NCBI GenBank assembly: GCA_000004985.1 | Contig: GG738851.1 | Length of the DNA stretch: 64,000 nt | Reading direction: 5' to 3' (one strand) | Source: Naegleria gruberi | Taxonomy: Eukaryota | In this document: in pieces, positions 53,151 through 63,422 of the stretch | Position numbering within the stretch: the stretch's first letter is position 1 | Layout of the letters: each line of letters opens with the position of its first letter | Made by a program: the position numbers and the translations under genes | The notes under the pieces: model-generated | Databases searched by the model: none | Told to the model about the DNA's origin: nothing | The model's input: the letters and a program-made list of their open reading frames with translations, nothing else

Positions 53151-55187
53151 ATGCTGCTTTCTCAAAGCAGTGAAACATCAAAAAACAACCAACAGCTAAT
53201 GAAGAGTCAGCAGAAGGTAGCCGATACTTGTTCAATACTTACGAGGAGGTTAGGACTTTCTAGTAGTAGTAACAATGGCAGAATATTGATTGGTGGCAGA
53301 GAATGTTGGATTAATTCTACATTTTCTTATTCGGATGAGAGTTTTATTGTGAATGATGATGAAGAGGATTGTACAGTTGTGAATGAACAAAGTAACACAG
53401 CCTTGGCTAGTAGTAGCAGTCAAGATTTGCATCAGGGTAGTGATGATCATATTACGGAATCGAATATGGTATTCGATGATGTTTCTCCTAATCAATTTAA
53501 TGATGAGAATAATCAAATCACAACAAGTCAGAGTCGAGGTTCTACTACACAACATGAAACATTGGACGAATTCCCAGAAATTCAAACTATTCCAAATCAA
53601 ACTGCTGGGACTTTGAAAACATCATTGGAACCATCAAGGAATAGTCAAAGCCTTTTTCTTGACGACTTGAACGATCATCACAGTCACATGATGCAATTAG
53701 TTAAAGGAGTTGATGCTGTTGCAAGAAAAAACTTTAATTTAGCACCATCTAATTTACCAGATCAACACTATTTACATCACTACATTCCTGAAAATGATGA
53801 TTCACTTTCAACAACAAAGGTTAGAACATTAAGTGATCAAGGAAGTGAGTTTAGTTCCGAACGAGGTGATATTGATAATGAGTGGTTTTTCAATTCTTGT
53901 TCAAATGTGAATGATAGTTATTTCCTTCCAGATGAGCTAATTTACAAAATTTTAACATATCTTGACTTTGATGATGTTGTTCTAAAGTCCTCTCTTGTGA
54001 ATAGACAGTTTTTCAGTGTCAGTAATTGTGGAGGTTTTTGGATTCAATTTATCAAAACAAGAAAATGTGAAGACACTGTCAATATTCTTTCCTATTATCA
54101 ATACGAGTTCCATTCAAATCATATAGTCAAACAAATCAAGCATGAACCATCCGAAGAAGTTACCCTTCAAGAAAATGATGATGCCACTACTCAAAATACA
54201 GACAATCCACCAAATACTCCGAGCGATGAAATTGTCATTCCATCTCAACAAGATTCGAGTAATTATGATCCTGCTAATCATTTAACTATTTATAGACCTA
54301 TTTTATTAAGTTATTTATACCATAAGAGAAACTTGAAGAAATGGTTTTTCTTTACAGAGGCCAACTATTACTTACTATTTTTGCTTCCGTTTGGAATTAT
54401 GACATTTTTATTCTTATCTTCATACGTTTTCCCAGTCTTTCCTCCTTTTTACAAGCTCAACTTGTTTTCCTTTTCAGCAGCTCCTTCCAAATTCTTTGCT
54501 CCCTCTCGAAGAAATATTTATATTGAAGGTATTGGAGAAAATTTTTCACAGTGGACTCTTGGAATATTTGGAGCTTCAATTCTTGTCATTATCATTTCAC
54601 TGCTATTGATACGGCCCCTCACAAAATCAGCTCTTAGACAATATTCCTTGTCTATCCAAAATGAGGATCAACTCTCCTTCACCAAGTCTATTATAACCAA
54701 AACAAAATTGGATTATTCCTCTCTGATACCACACTCAACAGAAATGTTACCAGTTTCTCTTAGAAAGAAATTAGTAAGAGACATTTTAGGACATGAAAAA
54801 TTATTTACAAAAGAACATGTTGTGAGGTGCATGGTTCTCATTCCAGTTGTATTATGTTATATCACAACTGTTTTGAAAAACTTTGTCTATATTCCATACC
54901 TTTCTGAAACCTATCACACCTTATTGAGCTTACCTGGATATTTAGTTTTGGCATATCTCATCAAGACACATTGGTATATGGTATTCAAGATTCATGGTTT
55001 CTTCTCCTTACTTGTTTGTTACGCTTGTTTCCACTTTGTACTAAATCAACTCAAGTGGGATGTTCTCATTCGACCAATGTTTTACTTCCTTTCACAGGTA
55101 TTTGGTGTGTGGTGCTACATTATTCTCAACTTTTGGGTATTGGGAGGTCCAGACAATACTCAAGGAATTCCATGTGCCAACAGTTAA
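53151..55187 (+). CDS. F-box-like domain fused to a polytopic membrane domain (second member of this architecture in the window)
   Basis: First ATG at 53151. Acidic, Ser-rich N-terminal half. F-box-like segment LPDELIYKILTYLDFDDVVLKSSLVNRQFFSV. At least 7 hydrophobic helices follow (YYLLFLLPFGIMTFLFLSSYVF, WTLGIFGASILVIIISLLLI, CMVLIPVVLCYITTVL, LLSLPGYLVLAYLI, GFFSLLVCYACFHFVL, VFGVWCYIILNFWVLG). Confidence 0.55.
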   Translation: MLLSQSSETSKNNQQLMKSQQKVADTCSILTRRLGLSSSSNNGRILIGGRECWINSTFSYSDESFIVNDDEEDCTVVNEQSNTALASSSSQDLHQGSDDHITESNMVFDDVSPNQFNDENNQITTSQSRGSTTQHETLDEFPEIQTIPNQTAGTLKTSLEPSRNSQSLFLDDLNDHHSHMMQLVKGVDAVARKNFNLAPSNLPDQHYLHHYIPENDDSLSTTKVRTLSDQGSEFSSERGDIDNEWFFNSCSNVNDSYFLPDELIYKILTYLDFDDVVLKSSLVNRQFFSVSNCGGFWIQFIKTRKCEDTVNILSYYQYEFHSNHIVKQIKHEPSEEVTLQENDDATTQNTDNPPNTPSDEIVIPSQQDSSNYDPANHLTIYRPILLSYLYHKRNLKKWFFFTEANYYLLFLLPFGIMTFLFLSSYVFPVFPPFYKLNLFSFSAAPSKFFAPSRRNIYIEGIGENFSQWTLGIFGASILVIIISLLLIRPLTKSALRQYSLSIQNEDQLSFTKSIITKTKLDYSSLIPHSTEMLPVSLRKKLVRDILGHEKLFTKEHVVRCMVLIPVVLCYITTVLKNFVYIPYLSETYHTLLSLPGYLVLAYLIKTHWYMVFKIHGFFSLLVCYACFHFVLNQLKWDVLIRPMFYFLSQVFGVWCYIILNFWVLGGPDNTQGIPCANS

Positions 55188-55416
55188 AATAAAACTGTGG
55201 GTTAAATCTTTTATTTATTATTCAATCAACATTACAATTAATTGATCTCTAACAATACTCTTGGTAATTTAGTAAGCATTGTATATGATGTTCTAAATAA
55301 TAGAAGAAACTAAGTTTGAGCTTTTGCATACTTTAAATTAATACATTCTTTTTCATTAGTCATCCATTTTCATAAAACTTAAATTCAAATTTATAAATTA
55401 AAAAAAATGCTCAAAG

Positions 55417-56832
55417 TTGTGCGGAGGGGTTTTCATCTTAAAAGAAGAGAAGGTTTTTAGGAGTGTATCATCTTCTCTGTTGATAATAATTGCCATCATC
55501 ATGATTGTAATGGTGAATTTTTGTGATTTTCTTCGGGCTGATGATACAGTGACATCCGAAGGTATAATACAGGTTCAGGTAATTTCGAGACATTGCGATC
55601 GTATGCCAATATCACCTCTGACTATTCCGAAGGATCCTGTTGATTTCCCCAAGTTGGCTGATTTAAATTTGGGAGATTTAACTGGGTTAGGACAACACCA
55701 ATGTAATCAACTTGGTGATGTTATCTATGATAGATATATTGATGTAAATTCAAAGACTAAAATCAAGGGAATTGTTCCACATTATGAATCAAAACAGTAT
55801 AGTTTTAGATCGACGGATTTGGATAGAACATTGATGAGTATGTGGTCCATTTCAATGGGCTTATTTAAAGAAGGAACTGGAAGAAGAGCTATCGTTAATT
55901 ATAAGGATGCTCATGATATGGGACGGGAAGTTTTTGCATTACCGAACGGAACACAGGCAGTTCCTATTCATACTGTTTCTGAGGATATGGACTCTTTGTT
56001 ACTTGGATTTTCATTTTGTAATACAGTTTTGAATAGAATGAGTATTATAAGATCATCAAAGGGATACATCGATTTTTTCAAAAAGCATAGGGTAGTCATT
56101 GATAAATTATATAACGAAACAGGATGGAAAGCACAACCAAATGATGGAAATATTGGAGTTTTATTTGATTTACTGACAGTGCAGAGATCACATGATTTAT
56201 TATCAATTAGATGGGTTAATGAAAATTGGGAAGTCATAGATTCCATTAGAAATAATTTTCTTTTAATGATCTATAATTATAATGTCATTGGAAAAGAAGG
56301 AAGTAGTGAATTGATCAAGACTCTCAAATCAAACATGGACAGTACAACCAAATACAAGTATATTCACTACAGTGCCCACGACACAACTCTTCAATCTCTC
56401 GCTGCTAGTTTGAAATTAACAAATGATTATCCATTTTTGGGATATCAACCAAATTATGGTGCCTGGTTGGCCTTGGAATTACACGAAATGACTGACGGTA
56501 CTGCAGCTGTCAGAATTGTCCACGGAAAGCAGTACAATGATACAAGTACACCTCTCAAATTAACCTCCTTGGGCTGCAATACAGAATTTTGTCCCCTCAC
56601 CGAGTTTGAAAAGCATATTACTCGAGACTCAATAGTTACCAATTGGTGTAGAGCTTGTGATAACTCTCAAAGAAATATTTGTGCTTCTGAATATCTGAAA
56701 AGTTCAGAAGAGTCATATATTGCCTTCCTAGTTTCAACACCAACATTGGCTTTCACAAATGCTATTACCCTTATTGCCTTGGTGTTTGCTTGTGCTAGAT
56801 CAAGAAGACAAAAGTATAAAGAAATGGATTAA
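55417..56832 (+). CDS. Histidine acid phosphatase (branch 2 histidine phosphatase), membrane-anchored
   Basis: Catalytic RHCDRMP motif (the RHGxRxP signature with Cys at the Gly position). Downstream HD dipeptide in YSAHDTTLQSLAASL. Hydrophobic N-terminus (signal). C-terminal TM (FLVSTPTLAFTNAITLIALVFACA) plus a basic tail. The ORF begins at a non-ATG start; the true initiator or a 5' mini-exon is unresolved. Confidence 0.7.
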   Translation: MCGGVFILKEEKVFRSVSSSLLIIIAIIMIVMVNFCDFLRADDTVTSEGIIQVQVISRHCDRMPISPLTIPKDPVDFPKLADLNLGDLTGLGQHQCNQLGDVIYDRYIDVNSKTKIKGIVPHYESKQYSFRSTDLDRTLMSMWSISMGLFKEGTGRRAIVNYKDAHDMGREVFALPNGTQAVPIHTVSEDMDSLLLGFSFCNTVLNRMSIIRSSKGYIDFFKKHRVVIDKLYNETGWKAQPNDGNIGVLFDLLTVQRSHDLLSIRWVNENWEVIDSIRNNFLLMIYNYNVIGKEGSSELIKTLKSNMDSTTKYKYIHYSAHDTTLQSLAASLKLTNDYPFLGYQPNYGAWLALELHEMTDGTAAVRIVHGKQYNDTSTPLKLTSLGCNTEFCPLTEFEKHITRDSIVTNWCRACDNSQRNICASEYLKSSEESYIAFLVSTPTLAFTNAITLIALVFACARSRRQKYKEMD

Positions 56833-56844
56833 TAAACATCCAAA

Positions 56845-58515
56845 TTATAATGAATAGTATTTTCCCGAATTGTTTACACTATTGTCACCCTCTTCAGAAG
56901 TTGATGAGATTAGTGAAACACTCTTATCATCTACATTGCCCTTCTTCTGGAATCTCTTGACAAAAGTGAAATCTTCCTTATTGAATTCATAGTATAAAAC
57001 AGATGAAGAAAATACAAACGCCATAACAATGGCACATGATCTCAGTAAGGAATAGAGAGTTATTTCATCTGTTAGTTTGGCAGCCAATAAATTTAAATCA
57101 ATTGCTGTGAACCCTTGTAAAATTGCAAGGCAAAAGGCACCCAATTTGAAATACTAATTTAACATACAGTAAAAATCATAAAAATGAAGAAAATGGAAAC
57201 TTACCTTTGTGCTAAATGCTGAGACATCTGAAATTTTCTTTAGAGTAAAATAGATTATCAGTAGGAATACAAAGCAAGCGGCATGAATAAGGAATTCAAT
57301 GGCCCAAGAAACTGAAATCCACCCAATAACCATGTAAAGTGGACCCACAGTAAATTGGAATATTGCACTAATCAGAACACAACAAGTAATTAAAATAATA
57401 AATATTGAAAATGTTAGACAATAGGAGAGGATGGAGTTTGGTTTCTTTTGTGTCTTGACATACTTCATCAGGCCATACAAGTTAACTAGAATTGGAATAA
57501 GTGCAAAATAATTCACAAATTCTGAAATGGTAGCCAAATATCTAAATGCTGATATCAAATTCAGCAATTCGAAAACTAGAGATAATACTCTCAAAACAGA
57601 AGCCAAAAATATGGCAAGGGATGGTAGTAATTTCATCAAAGAGTATTGATTTCTATCCCTATCCTTTTGAAGTAAATTGATAAGCTTTGGAATGAGGGAA
57701 GAAAAAAGAATGAAAAGAGATAGAGCTGAAAATGAAATTATCCCAGTGTATGCAGTGAAATCTATAATAAATTCGGTAAGAGCTCTCTTTTTGCACCCCA
57801 TACCAAACATGTTAGAATTCACACAATAGCACAAGTATGAATAATCTAGATATGGTGAAATGAATGGCACTCCAAAGTTACTATGTCCACAAAATCTAGC
57901 ATCTCTCGGAAAATCCTCCAACATGGATCGTATTGTAGCATTTGAATTTTTACAATTATTATTTTCAATTCTCTCATTAAATGATTTGTATCCTTTTGCA
58001 TTACTACAATATTTACAATAATTAATAAAATCAAATATCTCACTTCGATTGTATGCATAATTTTCACACAAATCAATGCATGTCAAATTATTTCTCTCTT
58101 CCACAATTTTAAACGATTGACAAACATCCAATAAACTCAAATCACTAATTTCAGGGAAGGCAATGGTTGGATAATCCTCCACATGCCAAAACTCTTCCAC
58201 AGGAAGAGGAACTGTGTTATCGGGCAGAATGACCCTTTCACATTCTACAGATGGCATCTTTGGATTTTTAAATATTTCATATTTTGATCCTAACTTTCCA
58301 ATCAAGGAAGCACTCGATGATTTACATTTCCATTGTCCCAACATTTCGGAAGATGATGATTCTACCACTCCACAATATATTATTTCCATCATGAATATTA
58401 TAATTAATAATAAATTAAAATTATTCCGCCGACACTTCCAATTCATCGAATTAATCGAATGTGATGAGGAATGGAGAAAAACACTCAGTGAAGGGTTGAC
58501 TAGAGGTTTTGCCAT
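56845..58515 (-). CDS. Cys-rich N-terminal domain plus polytopic membrane protein (hypothetical); join(58515..57205, 57153..56845)
   Basis: GTAAGT donor at 57204 and a 51-nt intron ending TAG at 57154 join ...SAFSTK to YFKLGAFCLAILQGF... in frame. About 8 hydrophobic helices. The luminal N-terminal part has about 20 Cys and N-glycosylation sites. Confidence 0.5.
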
Positions 58516-59161
58516 TTTTTTTGCTTACGATGAATTTTCGCGCTCATTTTAAGGTTCATAATTACAATTTTAAAAAAAACTAAAATAATGATTTTTAAAT
58601 GCAGCAACAGAACACATAGTTATTTATTACGGCCCAAGTGTTGTTCCATAAAGTTGGCTTCAGTGTTTGGAAGTGATCTTGTTGGATTGCCAGGAATGAT
58701 GGATTTCTATGTAGTCCAAAAGTAGTTCTTTGATTGGCAAAGAATGGCAGATGGTTGACTTTTTGGAATAACAGCTGGTAAGGAACCAAAAGAGGAATGA
58801 AGAAGGAATTTATGAAGAAAGAGAGAAGGAATTGAAACGGAAGAGGAAGTACCTTACGAAAGAATGTTTTGATCTTTTGGCAGAAACTGACAAAATGGCA
58901 AAGCTCAAAACCACAAGCAAGACAAATTATTAATATGATAATGTTAAGGTTAGAATTGGTATAATCGAAAGGATGTTATTTTAACCGAATAGTGACTAAA
59001 CAATGAACTGTTTGTTTTATACAATTTTTTGATAAGTTATTTTTCAAAGATGAATATTTGTAAATACTCAATTTGAAAAAGTAAGAGTCAATCTTGTCAT
59101 ATCTTTGATTCTAAACTTGATAAATTGAACACATTAAGGCGTTGTTGAACCTTAATGTGAA

Positions 59162-59242
59162 GCAGGGGTTCCCGAGTGGTCAAAGGGGGTAGACTCAAGT
59201 TCTACTGCGCAAGCTTCGTGGGTTCAAATCCCACCTTCTGCA
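59162..59242 (+). tRNA. tRNA-Leu (anticodon CAA), class II with long variable arm
   Basis: GCAGGGG-TT-CCC-GAGTGGTCAAA-GGG-G-GTAGA-CTCAAGT-TCTAC-TGCGCAAGCTTCGT-GGG..TTCAAAT..CCCAC-CTTCTGC-A. The D-loop GAGTGGTC and the anticodon loop CUCAAGU are as in eukaryotic tRNA-Leu(CAA). TTTT at 59244-59247. Confidence 0.85.
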
Positions 59243-59243
59243 G

Positions 59244-59247
59244 TTTT
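59244..59247 (+). terminator. Pol III TTTT terminator after tRNA-Leu
   Basis: TTTT lies immediately after the discriminator A at 59242 and a G. Confidence 0.5.
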
Positions 59248-59827
59248 GTCTCCTAAAATTTTTCCTTGAGAGGTTTACCGAACTTGTTAATTGCATTACC
59301 TTCCAGATGATGTCTAGTATATATTATGTAAATATTGTGCCTTCATTATATGTATTCACAAAGACAATCGATTATGATGACATGCATATCAAAGTGTTGA
59401 AAATAGTTTAGCTCTAAAAACAAATTACTGATGAAAATTAAATTTATGAATGTGAGCTGAGTGAATGAAATTGTCTCTTGTTCAATTAAAAAAAAAGAAA
59501 CCTTCATGGCGCCGAACAGCAAAAGAGCTACCATTGCTATTCCTATCACTCAGTATTTGCAGTACTGTAAATCCACAGCAGTTTTGAAATTCCTTAAATA
59601 TCAAGAACACATTGAATGATATCAGATTGAAAAAATTCATTTTCAATACAGTCTAGTATATCAAAATGTTTTAATTGATTGAACTGCGAATGAATAGTGT
59701 CGATATGAAAACATCTAGATTTCCACATCTTAGTGCTTTTTGAAAAGCGGTGTATGGTTTGAATACTTACATCGTCGTTAACTAGATTTCTGATAGAGTT
59801 GAACAGTGAATGATTAAGAAAGTAATT

Positions 59828-59945
59828 GGCTACGGCCATATCACGATGAATGCACCTCATCCCGTCCGATTTGAGAAGTTAAGCATCGTCGAGCCACATC
59901 AATACTGAGGTTGGAGACAACTTGGGAACCTGTGGTGCAGTAGTC
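59828..59945 (+). rRNA. 5S rRNA gene (copy 3, plus strand)
   Basis: GGCTACGGCCATATCACGATGAATGCACCTCATCCCGTCCGATTTGAGAAGTTAAGCATCGTCGAGCCACATCAATACTGAGGTTGGAGACAACTTGGGAACCTGTGGTGCAGTAGTC. It differs from copies 1 and 2 at a few positions (CAATACTG versus CAGTACTG). Its 3' end GCAGTAGTC gives one helix I mismatch. No T-run follows immediately; the nearest is TTATTT about 8 nt downstream. Confidence 0.8.
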
Positions 59946-60743
59946 ATGGCTTATTTAGATTTCTTTTTCTTTTAAATCCAAGAATGATTTAATTTCTTCC
60001 ACTTGTTACCGTTCCACCATGCATAAAGAGGTTTCACACCCTTTTTTACATGTCTATGAGCCTTCCTATCAGCCCATCCCTTTTCTCTTCTTCAAAGAAC
60101 TTGTTATTTGGTCTCAATCATCAACTTCAAATGGACCCAATATAAATGGTGATAATTTACAATAATCACCTCTCGAAGCAGAGAAAACTTCAATTGTTTC
60201 ATAACCTTCCTTAGTCACCTTTTTACTTCTATATGAGTGTTTAGCACATTCAACTTTTCCTCTCATTTTTTTATATTGAATTGAATCAATCCATTTAATC
60301 AGTGTTATGGTCAATGGAGACAACTCTACTCAAGCATTAATATATTCTAATCAAAACATGTCATCCAATGCCAATATCAACCACACTGCAGAGCAAACTT
60401 CCACACCCAGTGTTACTCTTGCAGAGAACGCTTTGTTCCAAAAATAAAATTATAATTTCTGCTATTATTGGAATTTTATTAGACATTAATATTTATAAAT
60501 CAACTTTTATTCCTTTATGTTATCAAGATTTATTCAAAATCATAAGGTATTCCATTATACATTTTCAAGTACTTGGAATCACTTCTTTTTACAAATCCAA
60601 AACAAAATCATTTATTGTTAAAATATCATTTCGTCTTCACACGTATCAAGAACTCCACAAGATCATTGCAAGCTGTCTTAATATTATTTGCTATTGTCAT
60701 ACTTTTTGTTTCTTCGTTCTGTTCACCAAAGTCTCCAGGAGCC

Positions 60744-61652
60744 TCATTCAACAATTCGATTGACTTGTTTGGCCAAAATATGACCATCATCATCATATTC
60801 GCTCTTAACATAATTAAATATCGATTCAGCATCGAAAGCTACTACACATATTTCCTTTGGCTCCATCATCCCAAATACAAAGTCACTACTAACTCCACAA
60901 TGGTAATTGAGCTTATTCCATTCCATTTTTCTAATATGACAGTAAAAAGATGTACAAAATCTATCTTTCACTCCTTGTCCTGATTTACCAACATATAATA
61001 TTGGTAACCTCTTTGAAACAATAAAATAGATAGAATTTGGTTTGTAAATGCCGACTGAGTGTTTTTTGAAAAAGTTAGAGCTCACAATTTCGGCAAGTAC
61101 TTGTGAAGGCCATGTGGGGTATGGTTTTTCGTCAATAATGGTATCATCCGAGATAGTACATTCTTTATATTTGCCAGAATTGCCTACAAAGAATGGAATA
61201 TTACGGTATTCGCTCTTCTTCCAATCGCCATCTTTCCAGTCATAATACTTGTCTATTTGATTGAAAAACAATTCCTCTAAACTATACGGAAATTTGGCAC
61301 CAGGCAAGACATTGTTTGGGAATCTATTCCTCAATTCTTTCTTCAACTCTACCAATGATTTCTTTTTAAACAACTCACTTAATTGTTTATCTTGTTCGAT
61401 GATTTTAGGTATACATGGTTTGACATGAGCCTTATTGATCAATATAGGTGAAGAAGTAATTTGAAAGGGTTCATTCTTTACGAATAGTGAATACATGTTA
61501 CCTTTGTCCACAACTCCTGATACGTTTCCATCATTATCCAGAAACAGTTTAACATCGATACTACCTTGCTTGAGCTTGTTTGTAATCTCCTCGTATGAAA
61601 TGTCAAAGAATTGAACCTCAATTCTTAGATTTGAATTGCTTTTGTTCATCAT
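60744..61652 (-). CDS. Hypothetical protein with C-terminal GIY-YIG-like nuclease motif (family member 1, apparently intact)
   Basis: ATG at 61652. 302-aa ORF. The C-terminal third reads SIYFIVSKRLPILYVGKSGQGVKDRFCTSFYCHIRK ... E ... N. This has GIY-like and YVG (YIG-like) beta strands, with the Arg and His at the spacing seen in GIY-YIG catalytic cores. The N-terminal two-thirds (…LPGAKFPYSLEELFFNQIDKYYDWKDGDWKKSEYRNIPFF…) is shared with the pseudogene copy at 63423. Confidence 0.45.
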   Translation of the reverse strand: MMNKSNSNLRIEVQFFDISYEEITNKLKQGSIDVKLFLDNDGNVSGVVDKGNMYSLFVKNEPFQITSSPILINKAHVKPCIPKIIEQDKQLSELFKKKSLVELKKELRNRFPNNVLPGAKFPYSLEELFFNQIDKYYDWKDGDWKKSEYRNIPFFVGNSGKYKECTISDDTIIDEKPYPTWPSQVLAEIVSSNFFKKHSVGIYKPNSIYFIVSKRLPILYVGKSGQGVKDRFCTSFYCHIRKMEWNKLNYHCGVSSDFVFGMMEPKEICVVAFDAESIFNYVKSEYDDDGHILAKQVNRIVE

Positions 61653-61901
61653 TTTCGTTTATATTTGTTACATTTATTTCTTTATAATTAAGATTTCTAT
61701 TTACAAACTGTATTATCTATTTCTCATTGGTTGCTTGACTCCTCTTTCCAAACCCTGTCTGAGTTCCTCCATTAATGTAAGAATGTTTTGCCCAATGTGA
61801 TTGGGGCACCTAGTGATTGTATAATTTTAATGTTCCGAGTCATACAAGGCAGAACAAGGAGGCCTTTAAACAGCAGTTTATTGTTCTGATGATTTGCAAT
61901 T

Positions 61902-62351
61902 TCATTCGTCCTCAATTTTACACTTTACAGCAAGCATCTTGCTCAACAAAAGAATGCAAATTTCTTTTTGTTCTTTTTCGTCACAAGTTTCAAGAACTTC
62001 GGTTATAGCTTGATATTTTTCTAGTATCTGAGCTTTTCCTTGTTCATCATTTGCTTCTTGTTTGTTAAATTCTTCTCTAAAAATCTTTTCTCCTATGATG
62101 ATTTTATTGGTTGACTTGGCGTTTTTAAATTCAGCATTATCTGACAATTGTGAATAATTTAATTGAAAGCCTTTGCAATGAAAAGTAATTTTTTCATAAT
62201 ATTCACTACCCGGATTGCTCTTCAACTGTGCAACATCTTTCAAATAGCTACTAAAACTTTGATATTTTTCATCTATTAAACCATCTTTAATCTGCTTTGC
62301 AGTATCGCGATCTCCATCATATACAACCGAAATCAACTCTTCGCTGTCCAT
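61902..62351 (-). CDS. Hypothetical acidic protein (149 aa)
   Basis: ATG-initiated ORF divergent from the 62410 gene (58-bp spacer). No recognisable domain. Confidence 0.3.
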   Translation of the reverse strand: MDSEELISVVYDGDRDTAKQIKDGLIDEKYQSFSSYLKDVAQLKSNPGSEYYEKITFHCKGFQLNYSQLSDNAEFKNAKSTNKIIIGEKIFREEFNKQEANDEQGKAQILEKYQAITEVLETCDEKEQKEICILLLSKMLAVKCKIEDE

Positions 62352-62409
62352 TTTTTTTTGAGGAATTTTTCTAAAAATAACATGAAAAGAATCTATTCAA
62401 CGTGAAAAA

Positions 62410-63318
62410 ATGACTAAAGCATCAGCAAGCAAAACACTCCACGAAACTGTTACAACATTGCACAATAGTGCACAAAGCAGCAATATTTGTGATGATCTTG
62501 CATACTTTTATTTTTTACTAAAGGTAATAAAAGAGGGTGTACATAACTTTACAGATATCCAGAATTTTGATGCAAAAACGAAGGTGAAGAACAGTGCTTT
62601 TTTTGAACAGCTCGTTGAAAAAAGGGTTGGGAATTGTATTGTTCATACTTGTGCGAATTTTGAAGCTATCACGAAAGAATTCTTGAAGAAATGTATTCGC
62701 GAGTCCAAAACACAAGATCTAACGAACAGGCAAGAGCAAGAATATAACGAAATCGCAAAACGCGCATTGAAGCTTGTCCATTGCGAATTATTCGATGCTG
62801 AATGGAATGTAAAGGACAACTATCATTTTGCTCTGAAATTTAACAATAGCATTTTAGATAGTGTCAGGAAAGACCTTTATTGCATTGACATTAACGGAAA
62901 TTTAGTAGATAATAATTTGGAATTTTGGAGATTCGATAAGGAACTGGATTGTAAATATACTGTAATGGAGGTTGACGTAAAGACTGTTCTTAAAGATAAT
63001 TTTTTTGCTTACTTTGATAATTTAAACCTTGAAGATATTAAAAATTTGAATGTAAAGTCTGTTACCGCCGCCAAGATCAGGGACAAAACAGCGGACAATT
63101 ACTCATACAATGATGATGGTATTCAGTTTTATTTTGAAGATTTCGCAAAGAAAAGGGGTTATTTTGTAATTCAACACTGGTGTCTTGTGAAACATATAAT
63201 GGGATGGGAGACATGTATTGAATCAGACTTCAGTAAGCTTAAAGGATGTACTTTACCATCCAATGACCAAAATACAAGCAACGACGAGATTGATGATGTT
63301 TTGAATTTTACTTTATAA
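62410..63318 (+). CDS. Hypothetical protein (302 aa)
   Basis: ATG-initiated ORF, no recognisable domain. Inserted between the two GIY-YIG-like family members. Confidence 0.35.
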   Translation: MTKASASKTLHETVTTLHNSAQSSNICDDLAYFYFLLKVIKEGVHNFTDIQNFDAKTKVKNSAFFEQLVEKRVGNCIVHTCANFEAITKEFLKKCIRESKTQDLTNRQEQEYNEIAKRALKLVHCELFDAEWNVKDNYHFALKFNNSILDSVRKDLYCIDINGNLVDNNLEFWRFDKELDCKYTVMEVDVKTVLKDNFFAYFDNLNLEDIKNLNVKSVTAAKIRDKTADNYSYNDDGIQFYFEDFAKKRGYFVIQHWCLVKHIMGWETCIESDFSKLKGCTLPSNDQNTSNDEIDDVLNFTL

Positions 63319-63422
63319 TTTGATCATGATTGCCAAACACTTATGAAAATTACAGTATGAAAAACTCCATATGAAAAACTCATCTATAAATGACTTCAAT
63401 TTAAACCAAACAGTTTACAAGA

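Noticed and set aside
59346-59860. Minus-strand ORFs 59346..59549 and 59594..59860
   Set aside because: The second overlaps the 5S rRNA gene start. Neither has any motif. They lie in the Pol III intergenic region.
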